Both the position numbers and the translations under genes were made by a program. Shown here piece after piece: positions 49,451 to 60,020 of a stretch of 64,000 nt of DNA. Position 1 is the first letter of the stretch. The number at the start of each line of letters is the position of its first letter. A model generated the notes under the pieces. It ran no database searches. It was not told the origin of the DNA and was given only the letters and a program-made list of their open reading frames with translations. Source of the DNA: an uncultured Mycoplasmatota bacterium (lineage in GTDB: Bacteria > Bacillota_I > Bacilli_A > RF39 > UBA660); assembly GCA_948434005.1 (NCBI GenBank), contig CAOJEH010000001.1, positions 155,880-219,879 on the forward strand. The letters are read 5' to 3'.

Positions 49451-50671
49451 ATGAAAAGTAATTATAAAAGAATAATAAAAGCAGTCGTTATTATATGTAT
49501 CATTGTTCTAATAATAGATATATCATATCTTGTTTATAAAAAAATAGTTAATAAACCTAAAGAAACTTCTTTTGATAGTATTAATTCCTTTGAGGTTATA
49601 GATGAAGGTTATATATCAGTAGGTAGTAACAATAATAATAAAAATAAGTATGAGAAAGCTAAAATAACTAAGTATAATAATAAATTAGAAAAAGTATGGG
49701 AAAAACTATATAATAAGAAATATAATAGTAGTTATTTTGGTATAAAACAAGATAATGACTACTTTATAGCAGTAGGAGATTATGAGTCTAATAGTGAAGA
49801 AAATAAAGATAGTGTAAGATCTGCTTTGATTGTAAAATATGATAGTGAGGGAAAAATACTAAATGAGAAGAAATTTCAAGTATTAGGTGATTCTAAATTT
49901 ACTAACTTACTAGTAATACCAGATGGTTATTTAGTAATTGGTCAAAGTATTTATGAGAATATGACGTTAGGATTATCAGACGAAGGTGGAGCTTTCTTAA
50001 TAAAATATGATAAAGATTTAAATGAAATATGGAAAAGTAATTATGGAGGCTCTAAGTCTGCAATATATAATGATTTAATAGTAGTAGATAATTACATTTA
50101 TGCAGTAGGTAAAGATGCTACAAATACAGGAATAATATCAAAGTATAATATGAATGGTGAAAGACAAAAGACTACTACCTATAGCTATACTGATAGATTT
50201 GGTTTTACTGGTATTGTAAGTATTGATAATAATTTATATGTGGTGGGTGCTAAAAAAGTTACTGAAGATAAAAATGATTATGATACAGATGGACTTATAG
50301 TTAAATATGATTTGGACTGTAATAAATTAAAAGAAACTACTTATAAAGGAAAAGGAATAGATCGCTTTAATAAGTTAATCTCAGATAATAATAATCTTGC
50401 AATAGTAGGTCAAACAGGTATTTATAATAAAGATAAATCAACAGATAAAATAAATGTATTTTCTTATAATGGTATATTTGCAATCTATAGTAAAAATTTA
50501 GATAAAATAAAACTAGATAATTATGGGACTGATATTGATGACTATTTTACAGATATAAAGAAAATAAGTAATAAATATATTGTGAGTGGATACGGAGTGT
50601 ATGAAGAAAATAGTTATATATCAAAACTAATTGAATATAAAACATCTGGTAAATTGATAGGAGAAAGCTAA
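49451..50671 (+). CDS. Membrane-anchored protein with seven degenerate ~45-aa repeats (predicted beta-propeller)
   Basis: N-terminal TM. Seven repeats of the type (Y/L)xx(V/A)(G/S)....(15-20 aa)....(I/L)(V/I)KYD..G (e.g. YFIAVGD...LIVKYDSEGK, YIYAVGK...ISKYNMNGE, LYVVGAK...LIVKYDLDCN). Confidence 0.45.
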   Translation: MKSNYKRIIKAVVIICIIVLIIDISYLVYKKIVNKPKETSFDSINSFEVIDEGYISVGSNNNNKNKYEKAKITKYNNKLEKVWEKLYNKKYNSSYFGIKQDNDYFIAVGDYESNSEENKDSVRSALIVKYDSEGKILNEKKFQVLGDSKFTNLLVIPDGYLVIGQSIYENMTLGLSDEGGAFLIKYDKDLNEIWKSNYGGSKSAIYNDLIVVDNYIYAVGKDATNTGIISKYNMNGERQKTTTYSYTDRFGFTGIVSIDNNLYVVGAKKVTEDKNDYDTDGLIVKYDLDCNKLKETTYKGKGIDRFNKLISDNNNLAIVGQTGIYNKDKSTDKINVFSYNGIFAIYSKNLDKIKLDNYGTDIDDYFTDIKKISNKYIVSGYGVYEENSYISKLIEYKTSGKLIGES

Positions 50672-51204
50672 TGAAAATTGTGTTAGTAAGACATGGGAAA
50701 ACGGATTATAATGTTGAATGTAAAACACAAGGTAGAATAAATATTCCTTTAAATGATTCAGGAAGAAGAGAAGTTCAAAAATTAAAATATAAGATGAAGG
50801 ATATGGATTTTGATATATGTTTTTCCTCTCCCTTAATTAGAGCGGTAGAAACAGCTATGATTTTAGTAGGAGATAGAGTAGAGATAAAAATAGATGATAG
50901 ATTAATTGAAAGAAATATGGGTAATCAAGAAGGTATGCCATATAAAGACTATGATGGGAATGCACATTGGGATTATAATCTTAATTTAGATGATAATGGT
51001 ATTGAACCTGTACAAGATATAATAAAAAGAGCATCAGATTTTATAGATTATTTAAAAGAAAATTATAATGATAAAGATATATTAATAGTTTCGCATGGTG
51101 CAACTATAAGAGCACTACATCATATACTTCATAATACTGATTTAAATAGTAATTTATCAGATTTTAGTATAGGAAATTGTTATACAGAAACAATAATAAT
51201 ATAA
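50671..51204 (+). CDS. Short histidine phosphatase (PGM superfamily), paralog C
   Basis: IVLVRHGKT (RHG) and IVSHGA. 177 aa. Its ATG overlaps the stop of the upstream repeat protein (taATGa). Confidence 0.7.
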   Translation: MKIVLVRHGKTDYNVECKTQGRINIPLNDSGRREVQKLKYKMKDMDFDICFSSPLIRAVETAMILVGDRVEIKIDDRLIERNMGNQEGMPYKDYDGNAHWDYNLNLDDNGIEPVQDIIKRASDFIDYLKENYNDKDILIVSHGATIRALHHILHNTDLNSNLSDFSIGNCYTETIII

Positions 51205-51221
51205 AAAGAAAATTCCTAAAA

Positions 51222-51635
51222 CTAGGAATTTTTTTGACTACATTTTACAAAATGCTTATTTATAGGTACTTGTTCAATAGAATTATCATTAGATATAAGT
51301 ACCTCTAAAGGTGTATCTCCACTAACTATAGAATATTTACTAACAGTTTTATTTTTAGAAGGAATTATTTCATATATAGGTCTTTCTTCATTATCAATTT
51401 TTTCATAAGAACTATTAGGATCATAAAAATAAGCCTTACTATCTGTATATTCTAAATAACTAGTATTAGCAAGTGAAGGTGCAAAATGAGATAAATAGTT
51501 ATCCATAAAACCAATTTGAATATCTTTAGAAAATATAGATTTATATAAAACATAAGTATCCCATATTTTATTAAATTTTGGTAATTCTTTTTCAGAAATT
51601 GCTACAAGAGTAAGTGAGCTTTTATTAGTTTTCAT
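51222..51635 (-). CDS. Hypothetical protein
   Basis: 137-aa ORF. No recognisable motif. Confidence 0.35.
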   Translation of the reverse strand: MKTNKSSLTLVAISEKELPKFNKIWDTYVLYKSIFSKDIQIGFMDNYLSHFAPSLANTSYLEYTDSKAYFYDPNSSYEKIDNEERPIYEIIPSKNKTVSKYSIVSGDTPLEVLISNDNSIEQVPINKHFVKCSQKNS

Positions 51636-51718
51636 TATATAAAGACTCCTTTCTTTAGTGGCTATATTCTAACACAGGATGACTAAATAGTCAATAAAAA
51701 AGGATTATCATGTAATCC

Positions 51719-52321
51719 TTATTTATTATAAAATTCAACTATTAATGCTTCATTAATATCAGCATTTAGTTCACTTCTTTCAGGTAATCTTACATAGGTA
51801 CCTTCCATTTTCTTATCATCGTAGTTTATGAATTCAACTCTTTTTGTTACTTTTGATAAAGCTTCAAGAACTACTTTTAATTCTTTATCCTTATCTTTTA
51901 ATGATATAACATCTCCAATTTTAACTCTGTATGAAGGAATGTCAACTTTCTTACCATTAACAGTAACATGTCCATGATTAACTAATTGTCTAGCACCACG
52001 TCTAGTTGAAGCAAAACCGATACGATAAACTAAGTTATCTAATCTTGATTCAAGTAATCTTAAGAAGTTAGTACCATGAATACCTTTGATTTTAGAAGCT
52101 TCAACGAATGTTTTCTTAAGTTGTCTTTCACTAAGTCCATACATAAATCTAACTTTTTGTTTTTCTTTTAATTGAACACCGTAGTCTGATAATTTACCAC
52201 GACGAGCATTACCATGTTGACCAGGACCATATGGACGACGAGCTAGTTCTTTACCAGTCTCAGTTGTTGAAAATCCAACACGACGACTTCTTTTGTATTC
52301 AGAACCTGTATATCTTGACAT
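51719..52321 (-). CDS. rpsD: 30S ribosomal protein S4
   Basis: [18 protein letters not shown]...S4 domain. 200 aa from the internal Met; the track ORF extends 28 codons upstream through a probable leader region. Confidence 0.9.
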   Translation of the reverse strand: MSRYTGSEYKRSRRVGFSTTETGKELARRPYGPGQHGNARRGKLSDYGVQLKEKQKVRFMYGLSERQLKKTFVEASKIKGIHGTNFLRLLESRLDNLVYRIGFASTRRGARQLVNHGHVTVNGKKVDIPSYRVKIGDVISLKDKDKELKVVLEALSKVTKRVEFINYDDKKMEGTYVRLPERSELNADINEALIVEFYNK

Positions 52322-52523
52322 ATTGTTCTCCTTTCTATAAATATTACATAAATACTTAAAGTAATCTAGTCGAACCTTAGGGAGTTTTTCTTCACCTAAT
52401 GGCAACGGTTACTAAAACCGAAAAACACTTTAATGAACTCTAGATTATGCCATCTAAGTCAATATGCAGTATTATTATATATAAATTATATGAAATAGTC
52501 AAGTTTTCTTGACTATCATATGT

Positions 52524-53162
52524 CTATTTACGTTTTCTTTTATATGTTCTAAAGAAAAGGTCTTTTTCTATACTATGTGTAGGAAGTTGCTGTTCTATTA
52601 CTTCTCTATCTAAATTATTTAAAATCATATTTTTAAATTTTTCATAAACTTTATTTCCCCATGCCCATTGCTCATTTAGTGGTTTATCAGGGATTGTAAG
52701 TTCAAATGCACTTCTTGAAGACATATCTTCTCCTAACATACCGAAGGTCAAAGCAAGAAATTTAAATTCATTAATATCAAATGTTTTTGCAATAACTTTG
52801 ATATCAACTTTTCTTAAAAGTGCTATACAAGTTTCATCTGCACCATAATTACTTGTATCATAGTTTGATAATATGTTAGATATTCTTTCTTTTTTTTGTT
52901 CCCATTCGTTAAACTCTAAATCAGTTTTCGCAAGTTTTTGTTCATAGTATTCCTTTCCATATTCTGTTAGATGATAGATACGGCTTCTACCTGCCTTTTT
53001 AATACTAAAAATAGGTGGTTCGATTGTTTGATATCTTTTAATTCTATTTGATAAAGAATTTTGCGAAGTTTCTAGTAGTTTTGCTAATTCGCCCTGTGTT
53101 ATGCCATCATTAAAATATAAATTTTTAATAAAAGAATCTAAACATTTAGTATGTTTTTCCAT
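52524..53162 (-). CDS. HTH-domain putative transcriptional regulator
   Basis: N-terminal GITQGELAKLLETSQNSLSNRIKRY helix-turn-helix. 212 aa from MEKHTK. Confidence 0.45.
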   Translation of the reverse strand: MEKHTKCLDSFIKNLYFNDGITQGELAKLLETSQNSLSNRIKRYQTIEPPIFSIKKAGRSRIYHLTEYGKEYYEQKLAKTDLEFNEWEQKKERISNILSNYDTSNYGADETCIALLRKVDIKVIAKTFDINEFKFLALTFGMLGEDMSSRSAFELTIPDKPLNEQWAWGNKVYEKFKNMILNNLDREVIEQQLPTHSIEKDLFFRTYKRKRK

Positions 53163-53307
53163 TATAACTCCTCCCAATAGAATTTACTTGCCATATTATA
53201 GCACAAACCAATTAAAAAAACTATATTAAATCACCAATTTTTTACAAATTACCGAATTTTGTAGAAAAATATAACCTATTTATGATAGAATAATATATAT
53301 AATAGAG

Positions 53308-55029
53308 GTGTATATTATGGAAGGACAAGTATTAGTAATTGGTACAGTTATATTAATATGTTTAATTATAGTAATTATCTGTTTATCTTTTATAAGAAAA
53401 AAAGAACAAAAAAAGTATATTGATGTTGCTAATAGACTAGAAGTGTCTAAAAATAAAATAACAAGTACGCCAGTTTTATTAGAATTATCTAAAGTTGAAC
53501 CATTAACTAAAAATGATTTGATGGAAGATAAGTATAATAAATGGAATGATCGTTTTATATCTATAAAAGAGAATAAAATATCAAAAATAGATGATATATT
53601 AATAGATTTAGATTTATATATAGAAAATAGAAAATATAAAGATTGTAAAATAAGTATTGCTAAAGCAGAAATGGAAATATATAAAGCTAAAGAAAGTGCA
53701 GATCACTTATTAGATGAAATAAAAGAAGTTACTTTAAGTGAAGAAAAATATAGAAGTATTGTAACTAAGTTAAAGACAAAGTATCGAAAAACAAATAGAG
53801 AATATCAAAGACATAAGAATATGTATGATGATATGCAAGAAGCTATAGAATTACAACTAGAAAATATAGAAAAGACTTTCTTAGACTTTGAAAAAGTAAT
53901 GGATAAAAATGAATATAATGAGGTAGTTAAGGTAGTTAAAGCTCTAGATACAATGATAGATCATATAAGTATTATTGTAGACGAAACTCCAGATATATTA
54001 TTAATGGCAAAACAATTAATTCCAAAAAGAATTAAAGAAATAAAAGATACTGCTAAAGAGATGACTGATAGTGGTTATCCTATAGAATATTTAAATATTG
54101 ATTATAATATTAAAGAATCAGAAAAAAATATTAAAAAGGTATTAGATAAAGTAAAAATACTAAATTTAGAAGACTGTATGTTTGAACTTAAAACTATTTT
54201 AGATTATTTAGATTCTATTTTTGTAGATTTTGAAAAAGAAAGATTAAGTCGTAAAGTATATGAAGAAATAGAAGAAAGCTTTAATAAAAAAGTAGAAAAA
54301 ACTAATAAAGTTGTTGATGATATATATAGTGAACTACATGATATAAAGAATATGTATGATTTAAATGAAGAAGATGTTAAAACAATACATGATGCTAAAA
54401 AAACTTTAGTGGTAATAAATGATGATTATAAAAATATGGTTGGTAAAGTAGGCTCACTATCTGTACCATATTCAGTTCTTCATAAGGATGTAGAAAGTTT
54501 AACTGAAAGACTTAAAAAGATGGAAGAGGATTTAGATATTTCTCTAAAATCATTAGGCAATATGCATGATGATGAAGAAAGAGCTAGAGAACAGTTAGAT
54601 GAAATAGAAAACTTCTTACAAGAGTCAAAAACTAAAATGCGTAGCTTTAAACTTCCTGTAATAACAGATGACTATTTTATACAGTTAAAGGAAGCAAATG
54701 AAGCTATAGAGGAAGTTATAAAAGAATTAGAGAAGAAACCTATTGTAATAAAGGTACTTAATACAAGAGTTGATACTGCAAGAGACTTAGTATTAAAGTT
54801 GTATAATACTACTAATGAAATGATAAAAACTGCCATTTTAGCAGAAAAATCTATTGTTTATGGAAATAGATATAAACCATATTATGATGAAGTAGAAGAA
54901 GGTTTAGATGAAGCAGAAGAATATTTTTATAAAGGTGAATATAAAAAATCGCTTGATACTGTACTTAAAACCTGTTCTTTAGTAGATGAAAATATATATA
55001 CAAGATTACTTGCTGTATATGATAAATAG
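53308..55029 (+). CDS. ezrA: Septation ring formation regulator EzrA
   Basis: N-terminal TM followed by about 540 aa of coiled-coil repeats. Length and architecture are typical of EzrA. Synteny ezrA...thiI...SASP as in Bacillus. Confidence 0.75.
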   Translation: MYIMEGQVLVIGTVILICLIIVIICLSFIRKKEQKKYIDVANRLEVSKNKITSTPVLLELSKVEPLTKNDLMEDKYNKWNDRFISIKENKISKIDDILIDLDLYIENRKYKDCKISIAKAEMEIYKAKESADHLLDEIKEVTLSEEKYRSIVTKLKTKYRKTNREYQRHKNMYDDMQEAIELQLENIEKTFLDFEKVMDKNEYNEVVKVVKALDTMIDHISIIVDETPDILLMAKQLIPKRIKEIKDTAKEMTDSGYPIEYLNIDYNIKESEKNIKKVLDKVKILNLEDCMFELKTILDYLDSIFVDFEKERLSRKVYEEIEESFNKKVEKTNKVVDDIYSELHDIKNMYDLNEEDVKTIHDAKKTLVVINDDYKNMVGKVGSLSVPYSVLHKDVESLTERLKKMEEDLDISLKSLGNMHDDEERAREQLDEIENFLQESKTKMRSFKLPVITDDYFIQLKEANEAIEEVIKELEKKPIVIKVLNTRVDTARDLVLKLYNTTNEMIKTAILAEKSIVYGNRYKPYYDEVEEGLDEAEEYFYKGEYKKSLDTVLKTCSLVDENIYTRLLAVYDK

Positions 55030-55158
55030 GAAAAATATAATTTAGTTTTTCCTTTTTTAATATAATAAAACTTCTCTTTCTAAAGTATATCGATTTATTG
55101 ATTATTTTATAATTATATAATATAATACAAGAAATAAAAAGAAAGAAGTAGAAATACT

Positions 55159-55794
55159 ATGGAGATTAACGGATTACCAAAAGATTTGAAAACATGGGCT
55201 ATTTACCATAATGCAATAAAGTTTGGAAAAAGAAATTCTCATGAACAAATATTTACAGAACTTATATTAAAATATTATATAGAATTAAAAGAAAACATCC
55301 CTGTAAAATTCATTGCTTTTTCAGAACAGTACTTTCCAAAATATCTTTGGAGAAATCCTAATTTTGCTAACCCTAAAGAAATGTTGATTTTGGAATGTAA
55401 TCTTAATAGCTTTATCTTTACAAAAAAGCACGAGTATGAAATGGATATTTCAGACGAAGATTTAAATAAGGCTTTTGAATTTGGAGAAATTGCTACCAGA
55501 TTCTGTATACAATATTTAGGTTATAGCCTTATTGGATATTGTGGAGGTAAAGCTATTGTAACAGCCCAAGATCAATGCGATAAAAAATTTGATTATTTTT
55601 TAAGTAAGGGAGAAGAATATTGGTTACATAGAATACCAAAAGTGTATTATGTTCCAAGCAAATATGATCTTTATGGATATTTTAAAGAACTTCCAGTATT
55701 ACCAACAAATAACTTATACTATGGAAATGATGAATATATACAAAGTACTAATCATAGTTTCCAAAAAGTTCTAAAAAATAGAAATTCTATTTAA
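55159..55794 (+). CDS. Hypothetical protein
   Basis: 211-aa ORF. No recognisable motif. Confidence 0.4.
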   Translation: MEINGLPKDLKTWAIYHNAIKFGKRNSHEQIFTELILKYYIELKENIPVKFIAFSEQYFPKYLWRNPNFANPKEMLILECNLNSFIFTKKHEYEMDISDEDLNKAFEFGEIATRFCIQYLGYSLIGYCGGKAIVTAQDQCDKKFDYFLSKGEEYWLHRIPKVYYVPSKYDLYGYFKELPVLPTNNLYYGNDEYIQSTNHSFQKVLKNRNSI

Positions 55795-55845
55795 TTTTTA
55801 GCAGTAACTTTTTTATAAATAATAAATAGATTCGGAGTGATATAT

Positions 55846-57033
55846 ATGAATAGAGTTATCTTAATAAAATATGGAGAACTTACAACAAAAAAAGGAAATA
55901 GAAATTTTTTTATAAATACTTTATATAATAATATTAAAGAAAAACTACAAAATTATAATGTAAATATTTCTAAAGATAGATCAAGAATGTATATAGAGTT
56001 TGAAGATAATGAGTTAGATAGTATTAAAAAGATTATTGATAATATATTTGGTATTCATATGTATCACATCGCGTATATAGTTAATACTAATATTGAGGAT
56101 ATTAAAGATAATTTACTAAATATAATAACTAATGAAAGTTTTAAAACATTTAAAATAGAAACTAAAAGAAGTGATAAAACATTTCCTTATAGTAGTATGG
56201 AAGTTAATCCTATATTAGGTGGACATCTTTTAAAAAATATTAAAGATATAAAAGTAGATGTTCATAATCCAGATATTTTAGTTAAATTGGAAATTAGAGA
56301 TAAAAATTCATATATATATACTAATGGTTATAAAGGTAGTGGTGGATATCCTATAGGTACTCAAGCTAAAGGAATGCTTATGTTAAGTGGAGGAATTGAT
56401 TCTCCAGTAGCAGGATATCTTGCTATGAAGCGTGGAATAAAATTAGATGCAGTATATTTTGAAGCTATACCTCATACTAGTCTAGATGCTAGAAATAAAG
56501 TTATAGAACTTACTAAAAAATTAGTAAAATATACAAATAATATAAACCTACATATAGTAAATTTTACTAAAATTCAAGAAGAAATATATAAGACTGCAGA
56601 TAATACTTACTGTATTACTATTATGCGTAGAATGATGTATAAAATTATGGAAAAGCTTGCTAAAAAAAATAAAGCATTAGTAATTATTAATGGAGAAAGT
56701 ATTGGACAAGTAGCATCTCAAACACTAACAAGTATGTCTGTTATAAATAGTGTTACTAATATGCCTGTTATTAGGCCAGTCGCATGTTTAGATAAATTAG
56801 AAATAATAGATATTGCCAAAAAAATAAATACTTATGAAACTAGTATTTTACCATATGAAGATTGTTGTACAGTATTTGTACCAAAGCATCCAGTAATTAA
56901 TCCAAAGTTATCAGAATGTATGAGAATGGAAGAAAAAGTTGATTATAATAACTTAATAGACGAAGCAGTAAATAGTGTTTATACTATAAAGATAAAAGAT
57001 GAAGAAGATCTAAAATATAAAGATTTATTATAG
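55846..57033 (+). CDS. thiI: tRNA 4-thiouridine(8) synthase ThiI
   Basis: THUMP domain N-terminus (ILIKYGELTTKKGNR) and PP-loop SGGIDS. ATG at 55846 with RBS ggagtg. Confidence 0.85.
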   Translation: MNRVILIKYGELTTKKGNRNFFINTLYNNIKEKLQNYNVNISKDRSRMYIEFEDNELDSIKKIIDNIFGIHMYHIAYIVNTNIEDIKDNLLNIITNESFKTFKIETKRSDKTFPYSSMEVNPILGGHLLKNIKDIKVDVHNPDILVKLEIRDKNSYIYTNGYKGSGGYPIGTQAKGMLMLSGGIDSPVAGYLAMKRGIKLDAVYFEAIPHTSLDARNKVIELTKKLVKYTNNINLHIVNFTKIQEEIYKTADNTYCITIMRRMMYKIMEKLAKKNKALVIINGESIGQVASQTLTSMSVINSVTNMPVIRPVACLDKLEIIDIAKKINTYETSILPYEDCCTVFVPKHPVINPKLSECMRMEEKVDYNNLIDEAVNSVYTIKIKDEEDLKYKDLL

Positions 57034-57109
57034 GTATAAATTACCAATATTATTTATGTATTATTTGGAAGATATTTCACACTCTATAAATGTAGGAGGT
57101 GAAATATAA

Positions 57110-57325
57110 ATGAGCAATTCAAGCAATAACTCAAGTATGAAAATGAGAGTTCCAGGAGCTAAACAAGCTATCGATAAAATGAAATATGAAATAGCTAATG
57201 AATTCGGTGTTAACTTAGGTGCTGATGCTACTTCACGTGCTAACGGTTCAGTTGGTGGTGAAATCACAAGACGTTTAGTTCAAAACGGACTTAATCAAGT
57301 AAGTGGAAGCTACACTAATAAGTAA
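57110..57325 (+). CDS. Small acid-soluble spore protein, alpha/beta type
   Basis: [17 protein letters not shown] and [21 protein letters not shown] are the two SASP signature regions. 71 aa. RBS aggaggtg. Confidence 0.85.
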   Translation: MSNSSNNSSMKMRVPGAKQAIDKMKYEIANEFGVNLGADATSRANGSVGGEITRRLVQNGLNQVSGSYTNK

Positions 57326-57336
57326 TGTTAGCTTAA

Positions 57337-57370
57337 AAGATAGACTGTAATATGTCTATCTTTTGTTTTG
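57337..57370 (+). terminator. Rho-independent terminator after the SASP gene
   Basis: aagatagac/gtctatctt stem followed by ttgtttt. Confidence 0.65.
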
Positions 57371-57443
57371 ACACATAATTATAAATATGCTATGATATGT
57401 AGTAATTTTTTAATATATTTATAAAGAAAAAAGAGTTGTTATT

Positions 57444-58283
57444 ATGGATAAATGCTTTGAAATATTTAAGGAAAATGAATTAAACTATAGAGAAAAAGAA
57501 GAGGAAATGTATAAAAAAGTTTATTATGACTTTTCTAAAGTAAGTGAAAAAGAATATAATATTGGTGATTGGAGCTATCAAGAAGCAATATTCAATCTTA
57601 AATCTCTTATATATGGCTATAACTCACATGAAATTGATAAATTTTTTGATATATTAAAAAAATATAATTATGATATGCGATGGGAAATATCTGATGCTAT
57701 TTTTAATTTAGGATATCAAAAAAATTCAACAGATATGTTAAAAACTATTAATAGTTGGTTAAATTCTCCTGTAATAGATTATATTGGTTTTGATGGAGAT
57801 AGTAAGCTTGAAATAGGCAGTGATGAATATGGTACTTTTCCATTTATGCAAGCTTCTAAATATTTAGATAGAGAAGATATAACAGATTATATATGGGAAA
57901 ATAGAACTAAAAATATATGCCATTCACATGCCTATAATATTGCTAGGGTATATCCAGATTGGTATACTATAACATCCAAAATATCAGATAGGATTATAGG
58001 TACATACTATCACTCATATACTTATGATAAAGAAAATGATATTGTTATTGACTTACGATCAAATTGTGCTATGTATATGGAAATATTTGAAAGACTACAT
58101 GATACTACTTGTGTATCACAAATTCTAAATAGTCAATTAAATAAAGAAATTGAAATTACAAATAAAAAAATAGATTTACAAGAAGTAAAAGCTAAAGTAT
58201 TAAGGGTAGCACTTTATAAAGAATATTTAAATAGCATTGGGTATATTGGTCCTATAGAAAAGGGTCCTTCATTAAGAAAGTAG
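57444..58283 (+). CDS. Hypothetical protein, tandem paralog 1 (possible papain/transglutaminase-like Cys-His-Asp fold)
   Basis: MDKCFEIFKE..., NICHSHAYN, YYHSYTYD, DLR. C-terminal tail LRVALYKEYLNSIGYIGPIEKGPSL. Confidence 0.5.
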   Translation: MDKCFEIFKENELNYREKEEEMYKKVYYDFSKVSEKEYNIGDWSYQEAIFNLKSLIYGYNSHEIDKFFDILKKYNYDMRWEISDAIFNLGYQKNSTDMLKTINSWLNSPVIDYIGFDGDSKLEIGSDEYGTFPFMQASKYLDREDITDYIWENRTKNICHSHAYNIARVYPDWYTITSKISDRIIGTYYHSYTYDKENDIVIDLRSNCAMYMEIFERLHDTTCVSQILNSQLNKEIEITNKKIDLQEVKAKVLRVALYKEYLNSIGYIGPIEKGPSLRK

Positions 58284-58340
58284 ATTTATCAGTTATAAAA
58301 TATTTAACTTATACATAAATTAAAAGATGGGATGGAGAGT

Positions 58341-59195
58341 ATGGATAAATGTTGGGAAATCTTTAAGGAAAAAGAGCTAAAAAGTATTAAAAAAGAAGAA
58401 AAAATGTATAAAACTGTTTATAAAGAATTTTGTAAAACAAGTAATCCAAAATATAGATTTAACTATTTTTCTTCATATAACACAGTAGTTGCTATGCTTG
58501 AAAATTGTTTGTATGAATCACAAAGAAAAGAAGAGATAGATCTACTTTTTAACATACTAAAAAAATATAACTATCGTATGCAGTGGGAAATTTGTTATGC
58601 AATTCAGGGATTAGCATTTTTAGAAGATCCTAATAATAATACCGAAAAAATTAAATTTTATTTAAATTCCCCCACAATAGATGATATTAGTTTTAATGGA
58701 ATAGATGCATTTGAAATATTCAGTGAAGAATGCGGAAAGTTCACATTTCAATTAGCAGATAAATATTTAAATGATAGAGATATAGGAAACTATATTAAAA
58801 AAAATAGATATAATGGTATGTGTCATGAGCATACCTATAATATGGCTCAATGGTATCCAAATTATTATGCTATAACGTCTTTAGTAGAAAATAGATTTTT
58901 AGGAAGTTTTCATCACTCAAATACTTATGATAGCGATAGGAATGTCATTATAGATTTACGCTTTAATTCAGTAATGGATAAAGAAGCATCTGATAATTTG
59001 TATCATTCTCAGTGCGTATCAAAAACATTAAATAGTGAGCTTAATAGTGAGATTGATATTGTAAATCAAAAAATAAAATTAAAAAAAGTAAAGGCTGAAG
59101 TATTAAGAGTAGCACTTTACAAAGAATACTTAAATAGTATTGGATATACTGGGCCTATAGAAAAAGGACCCTCACTAAAAAAATCAATTTATTAA
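58341..59195 (+). CDS. Hypothetical protein, tandem paralog 2
   Basis: MDKCWEIFKE..., GMCHEHTYN, FHHSNTYD, DLR, and a C-terminal tail identical to paralog 1 for about 24 aa. ATG at 58341 chosen to parallel paralog 1; the track start is at 58332. Confidence 0.5.
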   Translation: MDKCWEIFKEKELKSIKKEEKMYKTVYKEFCKTSNPKYRFNYFSSYNTVVAMLENCLYESQRKEEIDLLFNILKKYNYRMQWEICYAIQGLAFLEDPNNNTEKIKFYLNSPTIDDISFNGIDAFEIFSEECGKFTFQLADKYLNDRDIGNYIKKNRYNGMCHEHTYNMAQWYPNYYAITSLVENRFLGSFHHSNTYDSDRNVIIDLRFNSVMDKEASDNLYHSQCVSKTLNSELNSEIDIVNQKIKLKKVKAEVLRVALYKEYLNSIGYTGPIEKGPSLKKSIY

Positions 59196-59312
59196 TTATA
59201 AAATATTTAACTAATCATAAATTAAAAACTACAATAATTAACAAAAAAGTCAATGTAAAAATAATTGTATTGATTATATAACTTTGATAAAGTAAAGGAA
59301 GTGTAATGAATA

Positions 59313-60020
59313 ATGGAAACACTAAGAGAAAGTTTTCAGAGTTTGCAATCTTGCTATATGTTTTTGGAATGTAATCCAAATGATACAGAAACTACCATAA
59401 GGGAAAACTTTTACTATAAAATAAGCGAGGGATATAGAGAAACTATGGCATGTCCTGATTGGCATCATCTATACTATGATTATGCAAGTAATGGTGATTC
59501 AGATGAAAAAATGAAGCTAGATTATTACCGTGAATTACAATTAATTCATCAGGACATAGAATTATTATGTGCTTCATATTTAGCAATTATCTTATCAAGA
59601 AAAGATCCAGAACAATATAAAAACTTTATTAAAGGATTAGTTAAAATGTGGTATCACGGGTATCCTAGTCAATTTTTAAATGATACTGAATTCAATCCTT
59701 ATTTTGCACTTAGATTTCCAAGAGAAGATGAAAATATAGAAATGTTAGAACCTGACTATATAACCAAAGAAGAATATTTAAAAAGAATAGATCATTATTA
59801 CCACGAACTGCATTATCATGGTTATGGTTGCGTGCCAACACTTGGAATAATAATAGAATTAGAAAAGGAAATAATGGATAAAAATATGGTAATTAAAAGA
59901 TATATGAAACGACAATACCCTCTTGGGAGAATTAAAGTAAAGAATGAGCAGGCTATAAAATTAGAGAGAATAGAACAAAATAAAACAGAAGGAAGACATA
60001 TACAAAAACGCAAAGTATAG
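59313..60020 (+). CDS. Hypothetical protein (His/Tyr/Cys-rich)
   Basis: 235-aa ORF. No recognisable motif. Confidence 0.4.
   Translation: METLRESFQSLQSCYMFLECNPNDTETTIRENFYYKISEGYRETMACPDWHHLYYDYASNGDSDEKMKLDYYRELQLIHQDIELLCASYLAIILSRKDPEQYKNFIKGLVKMWYHGYPSQFLNDTEFNPYFALRFPREDENIEMLEPDYITKEEYLKRIDHYYHELHYHGYGCVPTLGIIIELEKEIMDKNMVIKRYMKRQYPLGRIKVKNEQAIKLERIEQNKTEGRHIQKRKV

Noticed and set aside
52322-52470. S4 autoregulatory leader upstream of rpsD
   Set aside because: Plausible by analogy with Bacillus, but no pseudoknot could be confidently drawn by eye.
57034-57109. Forespore sigma-G/F-type promoter upstream of the SASP gene
   Set aside because: Only an imperfect CACTCTA -10-like element was seen, with no convincing -35 (GnATR) at the right spacing. 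It is not reported as a feature.
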